A stretch of DNA of 32,000 nucleotides from Pirellula staleyi DSM 6068. Its GTDB lineage: Bacteria; Planctomycetota; Planctomycetia; Pirellulales; Pirellulaceae. Of this stretch, positions 1 to 9,266 are shown piece after piece (position 1 is the stretch's first letter; every line of letters begins with the position of its first letter). The stretch spans positions 780,001-812,000 of the forward strand of contig CP001848.1 in assembly GCA_000025185.1 (NCBI GenBank). Reading direction: 5' to 3'. The translations under genes were made by a program, and so were the position numbers. A model generated the notes under the pieces. It did no database searches, was not told where the DNA came from, and saw only the letters and a program-made list of their open reading frames with translations.

Positions 1-89
1 GAGAGGAAAACGTAGCGAATCGCCTCGCGCGGCATTGGTGTCTCGCGCGCAGGGAGTCGCGACCGCGAAAATTCAGCCAGGCGTGCCGT

Positions 90-575
90 ATGTCGTTCGA
101 AGATCGTTTGAAACAGGCCATCGAGCGTGGCCAGCAGCTCGGCGTCGACCGCCTCAAAGTCGAACAAGCACGCACCTGGAGCGAAGAAGATTGCCGCCGC
201 CGGCATTCGCAGCTGCGGCTGTCGCTCTCGGAGTACATCGAAACCTGCGTCAAACGCTTGCCCGATTATTTCCCCGGATTTCGCTACGAAACGATGTACG
301 GCGAACTCGGCTGGGGTGGCGCTTGTGCCCGCGAAGATCTGCGGCTGTCGAGCGGCTCGCGATCGAACGAGTACAGCCGACTCGAGCTCACGATTCGCCC
401 CTACTCGAATAATCTCCGCGTCGTCGAACTCGCCGGCAAAGGGACGATCCGAAACAAAGAACTTTTCAGCCGCAGCTTCTTCGAACCGGTCCAAGAGGCG
501 GAAGAACCCAAGTTCAAACAACTGATCGATGCCTGGGTGCTCGAATACGCCGAGCAATACGCAGCTAAGGGCTAG
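90..575 (+). CDS. hypothetical protein (161 aa), no recognisable domain
   Basis: ATG ORF with the GC-rich third-position bias of neighbouring genes. Overlapping ORFs 35..412 and 127..525 are Arg/Ala/Ser-rich shadow frames. Confidence 0.6.
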   Translation: MSFEDRLKQAIERGQQLGVDRLKVEQARTWSEEDCRRRHSQLRLSLSEYIETCVKRLPDYFPGFRYETMYGELGWGGACAREDLRLSSGSRSNEYSRLELTIRPYSNNLRVVELAGKGTIRNKELFSRSFFEPVQEAEEPKFKQLIDAWVLEYAEQYAAKG

Positions 576-928
576 TTCCTCTTCCCTTGGCACCTCGGTT
601 TTTCCTCTTAGGGGACGAGCGTTTTCCGATAGCTCGTTCTGGTGGTGCGTGGGAAACTTGTCGGCTTCTGCCGAGCGTGCTATCTGCCAGCCCATGCTGC
701 TGGCATCTCGAGGCGCGGATTTCATCAAAAGTGCTTGCTCAGCAACGCTTTATTCGCATAACTAAATTTTGATGAATCCGAAATTCGCGCGTAACGCCCG
801 CGCGCTCTTCGGCCATAGAGGGTTGTCGGTCGAGGTGGTCGTGCTCCGCACACGACGCTGCGACCCACAGCCCCTTGCTCGCCAGCCGTCACTCCCCTCG
901 CATCCAGCCTCGAACAGGAAGCCGACCC

Positions 929-2212
929 ATGCTCCGAATCACGTCGTCCGACCGCTCGCCCCAGTGCAACGGCATTTCGCGTCGCAGCGCGCTCAAGCTC
1001 GGAACCCTCGGACTCGGCGCTCTGGGACTCTCGAGCTTCAACCTCTCGCATCTCTTCGCGGCTGAAGAGGCGGCTGGCATCCGGTCGTCGAGCAAAGCGA
1101 TCATCAACATCCATCTTGGTGGTGGTCCTTCGCACCAAGATATGTTCGATCTCAAACCTCTCGCGCCAGTTGAATTCCGGGGCGAGTTCAATCCGATTCC
1201 AACGAACGTCAGCGGCATCGAAATCTGCGAGCATCTGCCGCTGCTGGCCAAGATGGCCGACAAGTATGCGATCATTCGTTCGCTCGTCGGCATGTTCGAC
1301 GATCACAGTAACTTCCACACCAACACCGGCTATGGCCGCAACGATCTGCGGAACGTTGGTGGACGCCCCAGCATCGGCAGTGTGGTGAGCAAGATTCTCG
1401 GCCCAAGCGGCAGCGGCGCACCGGCCTACATTGCCTACACCGATGATCACGAAGGCTACCTCGGCCCGACGTACAAAGCCTATCGCCCGCAAGGTGGCGA
1501 TCTGAAGTTGGTGGGTGGCATGACCGCCGACCGACTCGAGTCGCGCACCAACCTGCTCACGTCGCTCGACAAGATTCGCCGCGATGTCGATTCCAGCGGC
1601 CAGATGAGCGCGCTCGATTCGTTCACGCAGCGGGCTGTCGGGGTTGTCACCAGCGGCAAAGTGGCCGACGCGCTCGATCTCGAACAAGAGGACAAAGCAG
1701 TCCGCGAACGTTATGGCCGCGATGGCGAAGTCTTCCTCCGCTCGCGACGCTTGGTCGAAGCAGGGGTCCGGGTCGTCACGTTCGACTGGGGTGGCTGGGA
1801 CACGCACGGCGACAACTTTAATCAGCTCCGCCGCTTGCTCCCCAAACTCGACGCTGGGCTCAGCTCGCTGATCCAAGACCTGCACGATCGTGGCATGGAT
1901 AAAGATGTCACCGTCATGATGTGGGGCGAATTCGGCCGCACGCCACGCGTGAATTCTGGAGCTGGCCGCGATCACTGGTCGCGCGTTGCGATGGGCTTCA
2001 TGGCTGGTGGCGGCATGAAGTGTGGCCAGGTGATCGGCAGCACCACCGAAAACGCCGAAGATGCCAAAGATCGCCCCGTCCAGCTGCAAGAGGTCTTCTC
2101 GACCCTCTATCACAACATGGGGATCAACGTCGATTCGACCCGCCTGATCGACCCCGCTGGCCGACCCCAATACCTCACCGACATCCGCACCCCCATCCGC
2201 GAACTCATCTAG
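929..2212 (+). CDS. DUF1501 family protein (sulfatase/alkaline-phosphatase-like), Tat-type signal; orphan copy with no DUF1549/1553 partner in the window
   Basis: Track ORF 875..2212 trimmed to internal ATG 929, giving MLRITSS...SRRSALKLGTLGLGA. Family motifs present: HLGGGPSHQDMFDLKP, FDWGGWDTHG, GEFGRTPR, GRDHW. Confidence 0.9.
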   Translation: MLRITSSDRSPQCNGISRRSALKLGTLGLGALGLSSFNLSHLFAAEEAAGIRSSSKAIINIHLGGGPSHQDMFDLKPLAPVEFRGEFNPIPTNVSGIEICEHLPLLAKMADKYAIIRSLVGMFDDHSNFHTNTGYGRNDLRNVGGRPSIGSVVSKILGPSGSGAPAYIAYTDDHEGYLGPTYKAYRPQGGDLKLVGGMTADRLESRTNLLTSLDKIRRDVDSSGQMSALDSFTQRAVGVVTSGKVADALDLEQEDKAVRERYGRDGEVFLRSRRLVEAGVRVVTFDWGGWDTHGDNFNQLRRLLPKLDAGLSSLIQDLHDRGMDKDVTVMMWGEFGRTPRVNSGAGRDHWSRVAMGFMAGGGMKCGQVIGSTTENAEDAKDRPVQLQEVFSTLYHNMGINVDSTRLIDPAGRPQYLTDIRTPIRELI

Positions 2213-2220
2213 TCGGCCGT

Positions 2221-2424
2221 GTGGCTACTAGCTGGCTCGTCCAGCAGTGTCGTAGGGCCGGTGCCACCGGCCACAGCATCGCGCGCGATCTCATGCGATG
2301 CCTAAAAAATCTGGGTACCCCCGGTAGCTCAGCTACCGGGGCCGGCAACGTTGGCAAAAGCCCTCTATCGTTCTCACCAGCCACAACATCGCGCGCACCT
2401 CTCGGCCGGTAGAACCGGCCCTAC
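2221..2424. repeat. mosaic array of short hairpin (REP/MITE-like) modules between convergent genes
   Basis: Module A' gtggctactagctggctcgtccagcagtg (2221-2249). Module B' gtagggccggtgccaccggcc (2252-2272). Module C ggtacccccggtagctcagctaccgggg (~2325). Module B ggccggtagaaccggccctac (2404-2424). All recur elsewhere in the window. Confidence 0.8.
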
Positions 2425-2936
2425 TGATCGCTCCACGAAATCTGGAGGGCTACCCCGGTATAACCACACTGATATCGATCAGGATAATAAATCATAGATA
2501 CTCTGATATCAGGACGGACCGTAAAGTTGAGGATGTGCTTCTCTGTGGGAGCTATTGCAATTCGCCTCTTCAAACCATCGATCTTTTGCTGCTCTACTAA
2601 AAGTGATTGAGCCAATCGATCAATCTCAGCCACCGCTTCGAGCGAATCTGCCCTTTTCGTATGAAACTCAAGCACTTCCAGAAGATCACCCGACTCGGTG
2701 CCTGAATAGAGCTGAAAATCCGCCTTAAAATCCAACTTACGGCGGTCAGGCAACACAATCTCTAACTGCCGCGGCACATTACTTTCCCAGTCAGGATACG
2801 TCCCCTTTCCTTGCCTCTCGAATCCAAGCTGGGCAGGGCTCGGTGGACTCTTTATGTCGATGCTAAACACTTCCTTGGCAGGTGGAACGCATGCTACCAA
2901 GGTCAACAAGAGACAACATACAAGCTGACGCCACAT
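2421..2936 (-). CDS. hypothetical lipoprotein (171 aa)
   Basis: Track ORF 2421..3152 trimmed to ATG at 2936, giving MWRQLVCCLLLTLVAC with an L-V-A-C lipobox. Visibly AT-richer than its flanks. The TAG stop lies inside the CCCTAC tail of module B. Confidence 0.6.
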   Translation of the reverse strand: MWRQLVCCLLLTLVACVPPAKEVFSIDIKSPPSPAQLGFERQGKGTYPDWESNVPRQLEIVLPDRRKLDFKADFQLYSGTESGDLLEVLEFHTKRADSLEAVAEIDRLAQSLLVEQQKIDGLKRRIAIAPTEKHILNFTVRPDIRVSMIYYPDRYQCGYTGVALQISWSDQ

Positions 2937-3157
2937 GCTTACGAGCCTCCGATTTTTCAACTGGACGGATGCGTAAGACGCAACTCGATCCGTCGATCGC
3001 TTGATGTAAATCGCTCTCACAACTGCCCGAATACTTGGGTCGTAGAATATCCCTTCAACCGAATCCCTCGCGTGTCCGCAACATTCTTTGTACCCACGTG
3101 CCACTGGCCGTAACTCCTCTCGCTGCCGATCGGCCTGATCCCGTAGAATCACCGGGC

Positions 3158-3619
3158 ATGCTCCCCTTCGACAACGAATCTCAAAGCCGCTCGCAGCATC
3201 TGCTGAACTTTGCCTGGATGTTGCTCGTCGCGATCGGGCTCGCGCTTGTCGCCGCGCCGTTCCTGGCCATCGCCGTCGGCTGGTACGACCTCTTCACCAC
3301 CACCGATGCGACCGGCCGACCCGCCACCGGACTAGCCCCGCGTGTGCTCGGCACTCTCGTCACGCTGCTGGCCCTCCTCTTCGCGACAATTCTCGGCAGC
3401 AGCTCGACCGTGGCACTTCGTAAAACGCTTTGGCCCACCAGCCAGCCCGGCCACACACTCGCGCTGCTGCCAGCCGCGTTTGCAGCGCTCGTCACCATGC
3501 TCCTCGGGGCCTACCTGCTGCCGATCAGCTGCTTCACCTTGGGCCTGCTCCTGCTGCTGCTCGCCACTTTGCTGGCCAATCCCGACTGGCTCCTCGCCTG
3601 GCTGTTCACCAGTTCCTAA
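3158..3619 (+). CDS. hypothetical integral membrane protein (153 aa, ~4 TM)
   Basis: Track ORF 3035..3619 begins at TTG. Internal ATG 3158 gives MLPFDNES... followed by long Leu/Ala-rich hydrophobic segments. Confidence 0.6.
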   Translation: MLPFDNESQSRSQHLLNFAWMLLVAIGLALVAAPFLAIAVGWYDLFTTTDATGRPATGLAPRVLGTLVTLLALLFATILGSSSTVALRKTLWPTSQPGHTLALLPAAFAALVTMLLGAYLLPISCFTLGLLLLLLATLLANPDWLLAWLFTSS

Positions 3620-3777
3620 GCACCTCTGCCACGCCCTGCTGGCTGCACACCGGCACTGGAGCGCAGCGCCTGATTTTCCTCATTTTTGGTTAGGCGGAAG
3701 CTCCTGGCGCAGGCTATACTTCCGCGCGTGAGGCGGAGCCCCAAAGCGGGGCTGTCAGACCATCGACCGAGAGACTT

Positions 3778-4137
3778 ATGAGCTACAACATTCATCTGTT
3801 CCATCCCGACGTGAAGCGTGCCGTGCTAGGGGGCGAGCCGCTCGAGAAGGTCGCGCGCACCTCGATTCCACCGGCGGTGCGTGAACAACTGGTCCAGCAG
3901 CTGCTCGCCGGCAACTACGAACTGCAGGCCGAGAGCCCCAGCTCGGTCGAGTACATCCACAAGAACAAACAGTGGTCGATCAAAGTGACGGTCACCGCCA
4001 GCGAGATCGCCCTGGCCGTCCCCTACTGGGACGACGCCGAAAACGCCATCGCCGAAGCCCATAAAACCGCCAGCGAGCTCAGCCTCTCCGGCTCCCTCGT
4101 CATCTACATCCCCCAAGCCCAAGCCTGGAGCGAATAG
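3778..4137 (+). CDS. hypothetical protein (119 aa)
   Basis: ATG ORF with GC3-rich codon usage. The antisense ORF 3826..4215 is Gly/Ala/Asp-rich shadow sequence. Confidence 0.6.
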   Translation: MSYNIHLFHPDVKRAVLGGEPLEKVARTSIPPAVREQLVQQLLAGNYELQAESPSSVEYIHKNKQWSIKVTVTASEIALAVPYWDDAENAIAEAHKTASELSLSGSLVIYIPQAQAWSE

Positions 4138-4235
4138 CTTACCACCCATTCGGCATGGCACTTTTGTAGGTGCATTGAAGACTCGATAGTTGTAGCGGTT
4201 GCCTAAATCAGCCAACGATTCGGTGAGAAACTCGC

Positions 4236-4484
4236 ATGAACTATGTATCGATTCTTCAGTTTCGACTTCGAACGCTTTTTGTCGTGACGGCTCTCATTGC
4301 CGCCGCGACACTGCCAAGCTATTGGCTAGTATCGAAGCTCCTTCAGCCACAACATCGTGAATTCCAAACGGGTGGAGGCTTTCGCTTCACCACAATAAAT
4401 ACTGCGGTATCGACACCCGACGGTGGGACAATTCTTCGAACTGGCAGTGGCGTTAGAAATATCGAAATGTCTTCAGGCGACTAA
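4236..4484 (+). CDS. small hypothetical membrane-anchored protein (82 aa)
   Basis: One N-terminal hydrophobic helix (LRTLFVVTALIAAATLPSYWLV). The stop is 3 nt before the next start. Low GC. Confidence 0.45.
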   Translation: MNYVSILQFRLRTLFVVTALIAAATLPSYWLVSKLLQPQHREFQTGGGFRFTTINTAVSTPDGGTILRTGSGVRNIEMSSGD

Positions 4485-4487
4485 CGG

Positions 4488-4958
4488 ATGCTATCGATCG
4501 GCGATGTCGTTACAGCTGAAGTCATCTCGGTACAAGTGTTTGGAGTTTTTTGTCGCTACGCATCCCGAGAAATGCTCGTGGTAATCCCTGAGACTTCGTG
4601 GATCGCCTCCTTCAACTCCTGTCTACAATTTGCCGCCGTTGGTGATGAACTCGAGGTAATTGTCCTCAACATCGACCATCCCACCGGAAAAGTTGCCGCG
4701 AGCGTCAAGGCGATTCATCCCGATCCTTGGGAAAACGGCACCATTGTTGTGGGAAAACTCTACGAAACCAAAGTCGTGCGTTTCGTGGAATCAGCAGATC
4801 GAGCTGACCATCAGCCTGGCTACTTAATGGAGCTCGTCCCCGGTGGCTACGCCATGATTCCTGCGGAAAATCGTCAACTACCCATCGGACAAACCATTGT
4901 CGTGCGATTGCTCGCTGCTGATTTTCGTCATCGATCGGTCATCGTCGGCTGGGCATGA
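4488..4958 (+). CDS. S1/OB-fold-like RNA-binding domain protein (156 aa)
   Basis: N-terminus IGDVVTAEVISVQVFGVFCRY...GDELEVIVLNIDHPTGKVAASVK matches the S1 pattern (GdvV.g.V..v..fG.F). A second OB-like half is VGKLYETKVVRFVE... Confidence 0.6.
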   Translation: MLSIGDVVTAEVISVQVFGVFCRYASREMLVVIPETSWIASFNSCLQFAAVGDELEVIVLNIDHPTGKVAASVKAIHPDPWENGTIVVGKLYETKVVRFVESADRADHQPGYLMELVPGGYAMIPAENRQLPIGQTIVVRLLAADFRHRSVIVGWA

Positions 4959-5081
4959 CCAACCATTGGCGGTGTTGCACACCACAATCCATCTAACCCA
5001 ATGACGCCGGGTGTCACTGGGCTCTAAAAAAATCTCGCCATTCGTAGCAGTACAGTGTGAAAACGCTCTAGGGGCTGACTG

Positions 5082-5615
5082 ATGAAAACATCTTTGTTTC
5101 TTCTGCTGACACTGCTGTTCACCACCTCCATTTCATCGGCGGACGAACTGGAAGAGCTATCGCGCGACCTAGATACGGCCCTGGAAAAACAACAATACGA
5201 ACAGCTTGAAAAACATTGGAACCAACTGCAGGATCGCTTTGGAAACCAAGAGGGGATCACGCTGCTGAAAAAGTTCGTTGCCAGCGATGACAGTCGATCC
5301 GTCAGCAGATTTGCAGCCGCGATGATGGTCGCAGAAACTGGAACACTTTCGAGAATAGGCCCTCGGAAGCTATGGAACACTAACCTTGAGGCCATGGAGC
5401 TTTACTTAAAAAACAGCGGGCTGCTTCGTAAGGATGCTGGGAGGATCAAGATCGATGACGAGATTGCTTCGCTCAAGGTTTCGGCTACGATCGAAGCGAT
5501 GGAAAATCCACCCGTGCAGTTTTTGCTTTGGAAAGTGATCGTCGACTATCAGTTGTCCTTTCGACTGTCTGATCGCAACGAGATCGTCATCTATCGACCA
5601 TCACTGAAACCATAA
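5082..5615 (+). CDS. hypothetical secreted protein (177 aa)
   Basis: Sec-type signal MKTSLFLLLTLLFTTSISSADE. AGGGG sits upstream of the ATG. Low GC. Confidence 0.6.
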   Translation: MKTSLFLLLTLLFTTSISSADELEELSRDLDTALEKQQYEQLEKHWNQLQDRFGNQEGITLLKKFVASDDSRSVSRFAAAMMVAETGTLSRIGPRKLWNTNLEAMELYLKNSGLLRKDAGRIKIDDEIASLKVSATIEAMENPPVQFLLWKVIVDYQLSFRLSDRNEIVIYRPSLKP

Positions 5616-5619
5616 CCCC

Positions 5620-6294
5620 ATGACAACCGCACCGGTGCCGCTCGTTCTCTTTTCGGGTCTGGCGGCAGATGCGAGTCTGTTTGCGCCGCAGCGGTTGGCG
5701 TTTCCGCAATTGATCGTTCCGCCGTGGCCTGTTCCGATCGCTGGCGATACTCTTGAAAGTTACTGCGACCGACTGGCCGACGATTTACAGTCGCACCGCG
5801 ATCCGATTCTTGGGGGCGCTTCGTTTGGTGGCATCATCGCATTGCATGTGGCCAAACGACTTCAGCCTCGCGCGGTTGTTTTGATCGGCAGCGTGCGAGC
5901 GCCAGACGAACTACCCCGTATCGCGCGCGCTGGCCGCCCGCTAAAACCGCTGGTGCCGCTCATTCCGGTTTCGCTGCTTCAGCTAGTCACTGCGCCGCTG
6001 ACGACACGGATAGCACGTCGAATCGCGCCCCATTTTGCCGGGTTGGCCAGGCAGTTTTATGACTGCGATCGGCGGGTTTTTAAGTGGTCACTTGCGCGAA
6101 TCCTCGACTGGTCAGTGGCGCCGCAGCTTGATTGTCCGGTCCTGCAAATACATGGCGATTGCGACCGTGTCATGCCGATTCGCTACACCCATCCCGACAC
6201 GATTGTCGCCGGCGGCGGCCATGTCCTATCGCTCACCCATCCAGCCGAAGTGAACAACTTCCTGCGTGCTGCGATTGCAAAGTATGGAGGCTGA
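5620..6294 (+). CDS. alpha/beta-hydrolase fold protein
   Basis: Nucleophile elbow GGASFGG, a later HGDCDRVMP (Asp) and GGGHVLSLTHP (His). Starts 5 nt after the previous stop. Confidence 0.75.
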   Translation: MTTAPVPLVLFSGLAADASLFAPQRLAFPQLIVPPWPVPIAGDTLESYCDRLADDLQSHRDPILGGASFGGIIALHVAKRLQPRAVVLIGSVRAPDELPRIARAGRPLKPLVPLIPVSLLQLVTAPLTTRIARRIAPHFAGLARQFYDCDRRVFKWSLARILDWSVAPQLDCPVLQIHGDCDRVMPIRYTHPDTIVAGGGHVLSLTHPAEVNNFLRAAIAKYGG

Positions 6295-6345
6295 TGGCAT
6301 TTACTGTACGCGACGCGTTTGCTTGCCTCGCGTCAACGAGGTCCA

Positions 6346-6376
6346 CATGCTCCTCCTGCTTCGCGAGAGGAGCATG
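6346..6376. repeat. hairpin module D, variant copy
   Basis: catgctcctc-ctgcttcgcga-gaggagcatg followed by gcacccggc. 10-bp perfect arms. Confidence 0.8.
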
Positions 6377-6431
6377 GCACCCGGCATGATTGCGAAATAG
6401 CAACGCTGATTGTGTTACAAGCGAGCGAAGC

Positions 6432-6635
6432 TCACCTCTTTTTCGGGCTGTTTCGCGAAACGAAAAACAACACCAGAATGAAATTCGCTATCAACCAATC
6501 ACCGCCAATTCCCATCCACCACTTCGCCGAGAGTTGGGGATCAATTGAATTTCTGTAAACGATCGCCAGAAGTGCAAAGAGCGTTCCGTTTACAAGAGTG
6601 AAAAACAAAAGATCTCGAGTAGTAAGCCGAGGCAT
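6432..6635 (-). CDS. small hypothetical membrane protein (67 aa)
   Basis: Track ORF 6432..6683 trimmed to ATG at 6635 (MPRLTTRDLLFFTLVNGTLFALLAIVY...). Two hydrophobic helices, low GC, no clear Shine-Dalgarno (SD) ribosome-binding sequence. Confidence 0.4.
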   Translation of the reverse strand: MPRLTTRDLLFFTLVNGTLFALLAIVYRNSIDPQLSAKWWMGIGGDWLIANFILVLFFVSRNSPKKR

Positions 6636-6689
6636 TTTCGATCCAGTGGCACACAGCGAAAGATGGTTGCAGAGTGGTGCCAAAAAGAT

Positions 6690-6710
6690 GGCCGGTGGAA
6701 CCGGCCCTAC
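6690..6710. repeat. hairpin module B
   Basis: ggccggtggaaccggccctac lies 30 bp downstream of the WD40 gene stop. Confidence 0.8.
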
Positions 6711-6739
6711 ATCGGGAACGATGAAGCTCGAGGGGGCGT

Positions 6740-7747
6740 TTAGCCTTCGAGGCTGAAGACGGCGATGCGGCCGTGGCCGCAGAGGAAGAGTTTGTCCCCC
6801 GCTTCGCTGAGCGCGCCGGCGTGGATGTGCATCGGGGCTTTTTCCCCTTTGATCACTTTCTTGCTGGCGAGATCCAGGCAGTAGATCAGTCCGCCATTGT
6901 CACCGCCGGCGCCGATGAGCCACTGATTATCGGGGGCAAAATGGAGGGTCTCAATCAGCCCCTTCGCCTCGCCGACGAATTCGTGCAGCTTCTCGCCCTT
7001 TTCCCAGTCGAACGCTTCGACACGTGCGGGGCCGTCGAGGTGATCGATGTTGCCGATGTGGCCGATGCCGCCAACAACTATCGTTTTGCCATCGGGCGAA
7101 AACGCGACGCTCCGCGCGCCGCCGATGCTATGAATCCGCTGCTTGGGGTCCCAGGTGTAAAGGCCGGGAGCGTCGACCGTCGCCAGCTTCGCGCCACCAG
7201 AAACATCCCACACGTTCACCCGGCCAATCCGGTCGGCTGAGGCCAGCCGCGTGCTGTCGGCCGAGAACGCGCAGGCATAGAGCATCGAAGGAAAATGGTT
7301 CGGCGTTCGCTCGTCGTGGCCACGCAGTTCGTGCTTTTTCTCGCCAGTGGCGGCGTCCCACAGGCGGACCACCATGTCGTCGCCGACGCTGGCGATCCAC
7401 TTCCCATCGGGGGAAGCTTTCACCTGGCGAATCCACTTGCCGTGGGCGTTTTCGATCTTACGCACGATCTCGCCGGTGGTGATATTGCGCCAGATCAGTG
7501 AGCAATCGTAGCTGCCGCTGACGAGCGTTTCGCCGGCGAGCGCGACACCGGTGACGTAGCTCGTGTGCCCCTCAAGCGGCTTGAACTCGACCTTGCCCCC
7601 TTCGACCAGCGGATCGACGTCGTAGACTTTGCCGTCGCTATTGCCGACAAACAGCCGCGAGGAATTCGGGACGCGTGTGAGGCTCAAAAAGATTCCCGGA
7701 TGCCCAGCTTCTTTCAGCATCTTCAGATGATCGGGGTGGTTGGCCAT
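6740..7747 (-). CDS. WD40 repeat (beta-propeller) protein, no signal peptide
   Basis: Repeated WD-like units: GHTSYVTGVA...SGSYDCSLIWRN, ASVGDDMVVRLWD, ASADRIGRVNVWD. ATG at 7747 is preferred because GAAGGA lies 9 nt upstream. Confidence 0.85.
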   Translation of the reverse strand: MANHPDHLKMLKEAGHPGIFLSLTRVPNSSRLFVGNSDGKVYDVDPLVEGGKVEFKPLEGHTSYVTGVALAGETLVSGSYDCSLIWRNITTGEIVRKIENAHGKWIRQVKASPDGKWIASVGDDMVVRLWDAATGEKKHELRGHDERTPNHFPSMLYACAFSADSTRLASADRIGRVNVWDVSGGAKLATVDAPGLYTWDPKQRIHSIGGARSVAFSPDGKTIVVGGIGHIGNIDHLDGPARVEAFDWEKGEKLHEFVGEAKGLIETLHFAPDNQWLIGAGGDNGGLIYCLDLASKKVIKGEKAPMHIHAGALSEAGDKLFLCGHGRIAVFSLEG

Positions 7748-7822
7748 CGGTGGAATCCTTCGTAGCACAAAAGCGTTTTTGATCGACTCAATCGACTACC
7801 GCGTGAATTTTGGCAGACTCAC

Positions 7823-9118
7823 TTAAGCGAGCACGTCATTCACAGGATTGGTCCCAGGATCGGTGAGTGGGAGAGGGCGAGCGCCGACGAAATAGTCTTT
7901 GTGATGATTGATGCCGAGCGCTTTGAAGATGGTGGCAAACAGCTCGGCGGCGCCGATTTTTCCTTCCGCCACTTCGCGGCCATCGTCGGTGCTTTTGCCG
8001 TAGACAGCGCCCCCTTTAATGCCGCAGCCCGAGAGCGAAACGCTCCAGGCGCTGGCAAAGTGATCGCGCCCCAGGCTGGCGTTGATTTGCGGTGTCCGGC
8101 CGAATTCGCTGAGCGTCACGACGAGCGTGTTTTCGAGGAGCCCGCGGTCGCTGAGATCGTCGAGCAAGGTGGTCATCACATGGTCGAGCTCGCTAACGAG
8201 TTCGAGATGCGTTTCGAAGTTCTGTCCGTGGCTGTCCCACCAAGCGCGCGAGACTTTCACAAACGGAGTTCCCGCTTCCACGAGGCGGCGGGCGATGAGG
8301 CACTGCTCGGCGAACAGAGTGGGGCCGTACTTGTCGCGCATCGCCTGCGATTCTTTCGACAGGTCGAACAGCTCTTCGCTCGCCATCAGTCCGCGGACGC
8401 GTGCGTAGGCTTCGTTGTGGCTGGCCATCGACGACGACGTTCGTGCGCGAATGAAACGCTCGTTGAGGATCTTCCGCAAATCGGCCCGTTCTTGATGGTC
8501 GACATCGGACAGCTGCTCGAGGCGGCGCAAGTTCGGTGGGGTGCTCCCTTCGGTGAGGAACATCGCGTTGTAGCGTGCGCCGAGAAAGCCAGACTGGCTG
8601 ATCGCGCTGCCGCGCCCTTCGGTGGCGGTGTAGAAGCTGACGTAGTCGGGAACCTGGCTATCGACCCGCCCCAGTTCGCGGGCGATCACCGCGCCGAGAT
8701 CGGGATACTTCACCGTCGGTTCATCGCGCCTGCCGAGATGCATCAAACGAGCGCCGCCACCATGGTCGCCATTGCCGGTGTCGAGCGAGCGGATGATGCA
8801 GGTGTTTTGCATGCGCTGCGCTAGTTTGGGCATCAGCTCGCTGATGTGCACGCCCGGTATGTTGGTCGGAATGGCGCGGAACGGACCACCGTTGGCAGTT
8901 CCCGGTTTGGGATCGAAGGTCTCGAGTTGACTTGCGCCACCGGCGAGCCAGAGCAAGATCACCCGCTTCTGATTCTTCTTGAGCTCGTCGGCCATCGCCT
9001 GGCTTTGCAGCACGTTGAGCACCGTCATATCGCTGGCCACGAGCGTGGTCGCAGCAGCGGCTCCGGTGAGGAAGCGTCGCCGCGAAAGGCCACTCAGAAT
9101 CGATGGATTTTGGCTCAT
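7823..9118 (-). CDS. DUF1501 family protein with twin-arginine signal
   Basis: SRRRFLTGAAAATTLVA signal. Family motifs WLAGGASQLETFDPKP, WWDSHG, SEFGRTPQ, GRDHF. Confidence 0.9.
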   Translation of the reverse strand: MSQNPSILSGLSRRRFLTGAAAATTLVASDMTVLNVLQSQAMADELKKNQKRVILLWLAGGASQLETFDPKPGTANGGPFRAIPTNIPGVHISELMPKLAQRMQNTCIIRSLDTGNGDHGGGARLMHLGRRDEPTVKYPDLGAVIARELGRVDSQVPDYVSFYTATEGRGSAISQSGFLGARYNAMFLTEGSTPPNLRRLEQLSDVDHQERADLRKILNERFIRARTSSSMASHNEAYARVRGLMASEELFDLSKESQAMRDKYGPTLFAEQCLIARRLVEAGTPFVKVSRAWWDSHGQNFETHLELVSELDHVMTTLLDDLSDRGLLENTLVVTLSEFGRTPQINASLGRDHFASAWSVSLSGCGIKGGAVYGKSTDDGREVAEGKIGAAELFATIFKALGINHHKDYFVGARPLPLTDPGTNPVNDVLA

Positions 9119-9192
9119 TATCAGGATTCCCTTCGGTTGTATAGCAGCAAGTCTTGGAGACTTGTGGGGGGACTTGTTTTGCTAAAAAGGTT

Positions 9193-9248
<56 letters not shown>

Positions 9249-9266
9249 CCGGCCAGCGATAATGTG

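Noticed and set aside
587-928. Small ORFs (529..765, 587..772, 769..1065) in the leader of the first DUF1501 gene
   Set aside because: Poor codon bias, mutual overlap and no start-site support. Treated as 5' untranslated/promoter DNA.
725-2170. 481-aa minus-strand ORF
   Set aside because: Antisense shadow of the DUF1501 gene in a high-GC region. Its composition is Ala/Arg/Gly-rich with no motifs, while the plus-strand frame carries clear family motifs.
2325-2352. tRNA-like string ggtagctcagctaccgg (resembles a tRNA D-arm GTAGCTCAG)
   Set aside because: It is a simple palindromic hairpin (module C), repeated at 16399 and 24554. No acceptor stem, anticodon arm or GGTTCGAATCC-type T-arm lies nearby, so it is not a tRNA.
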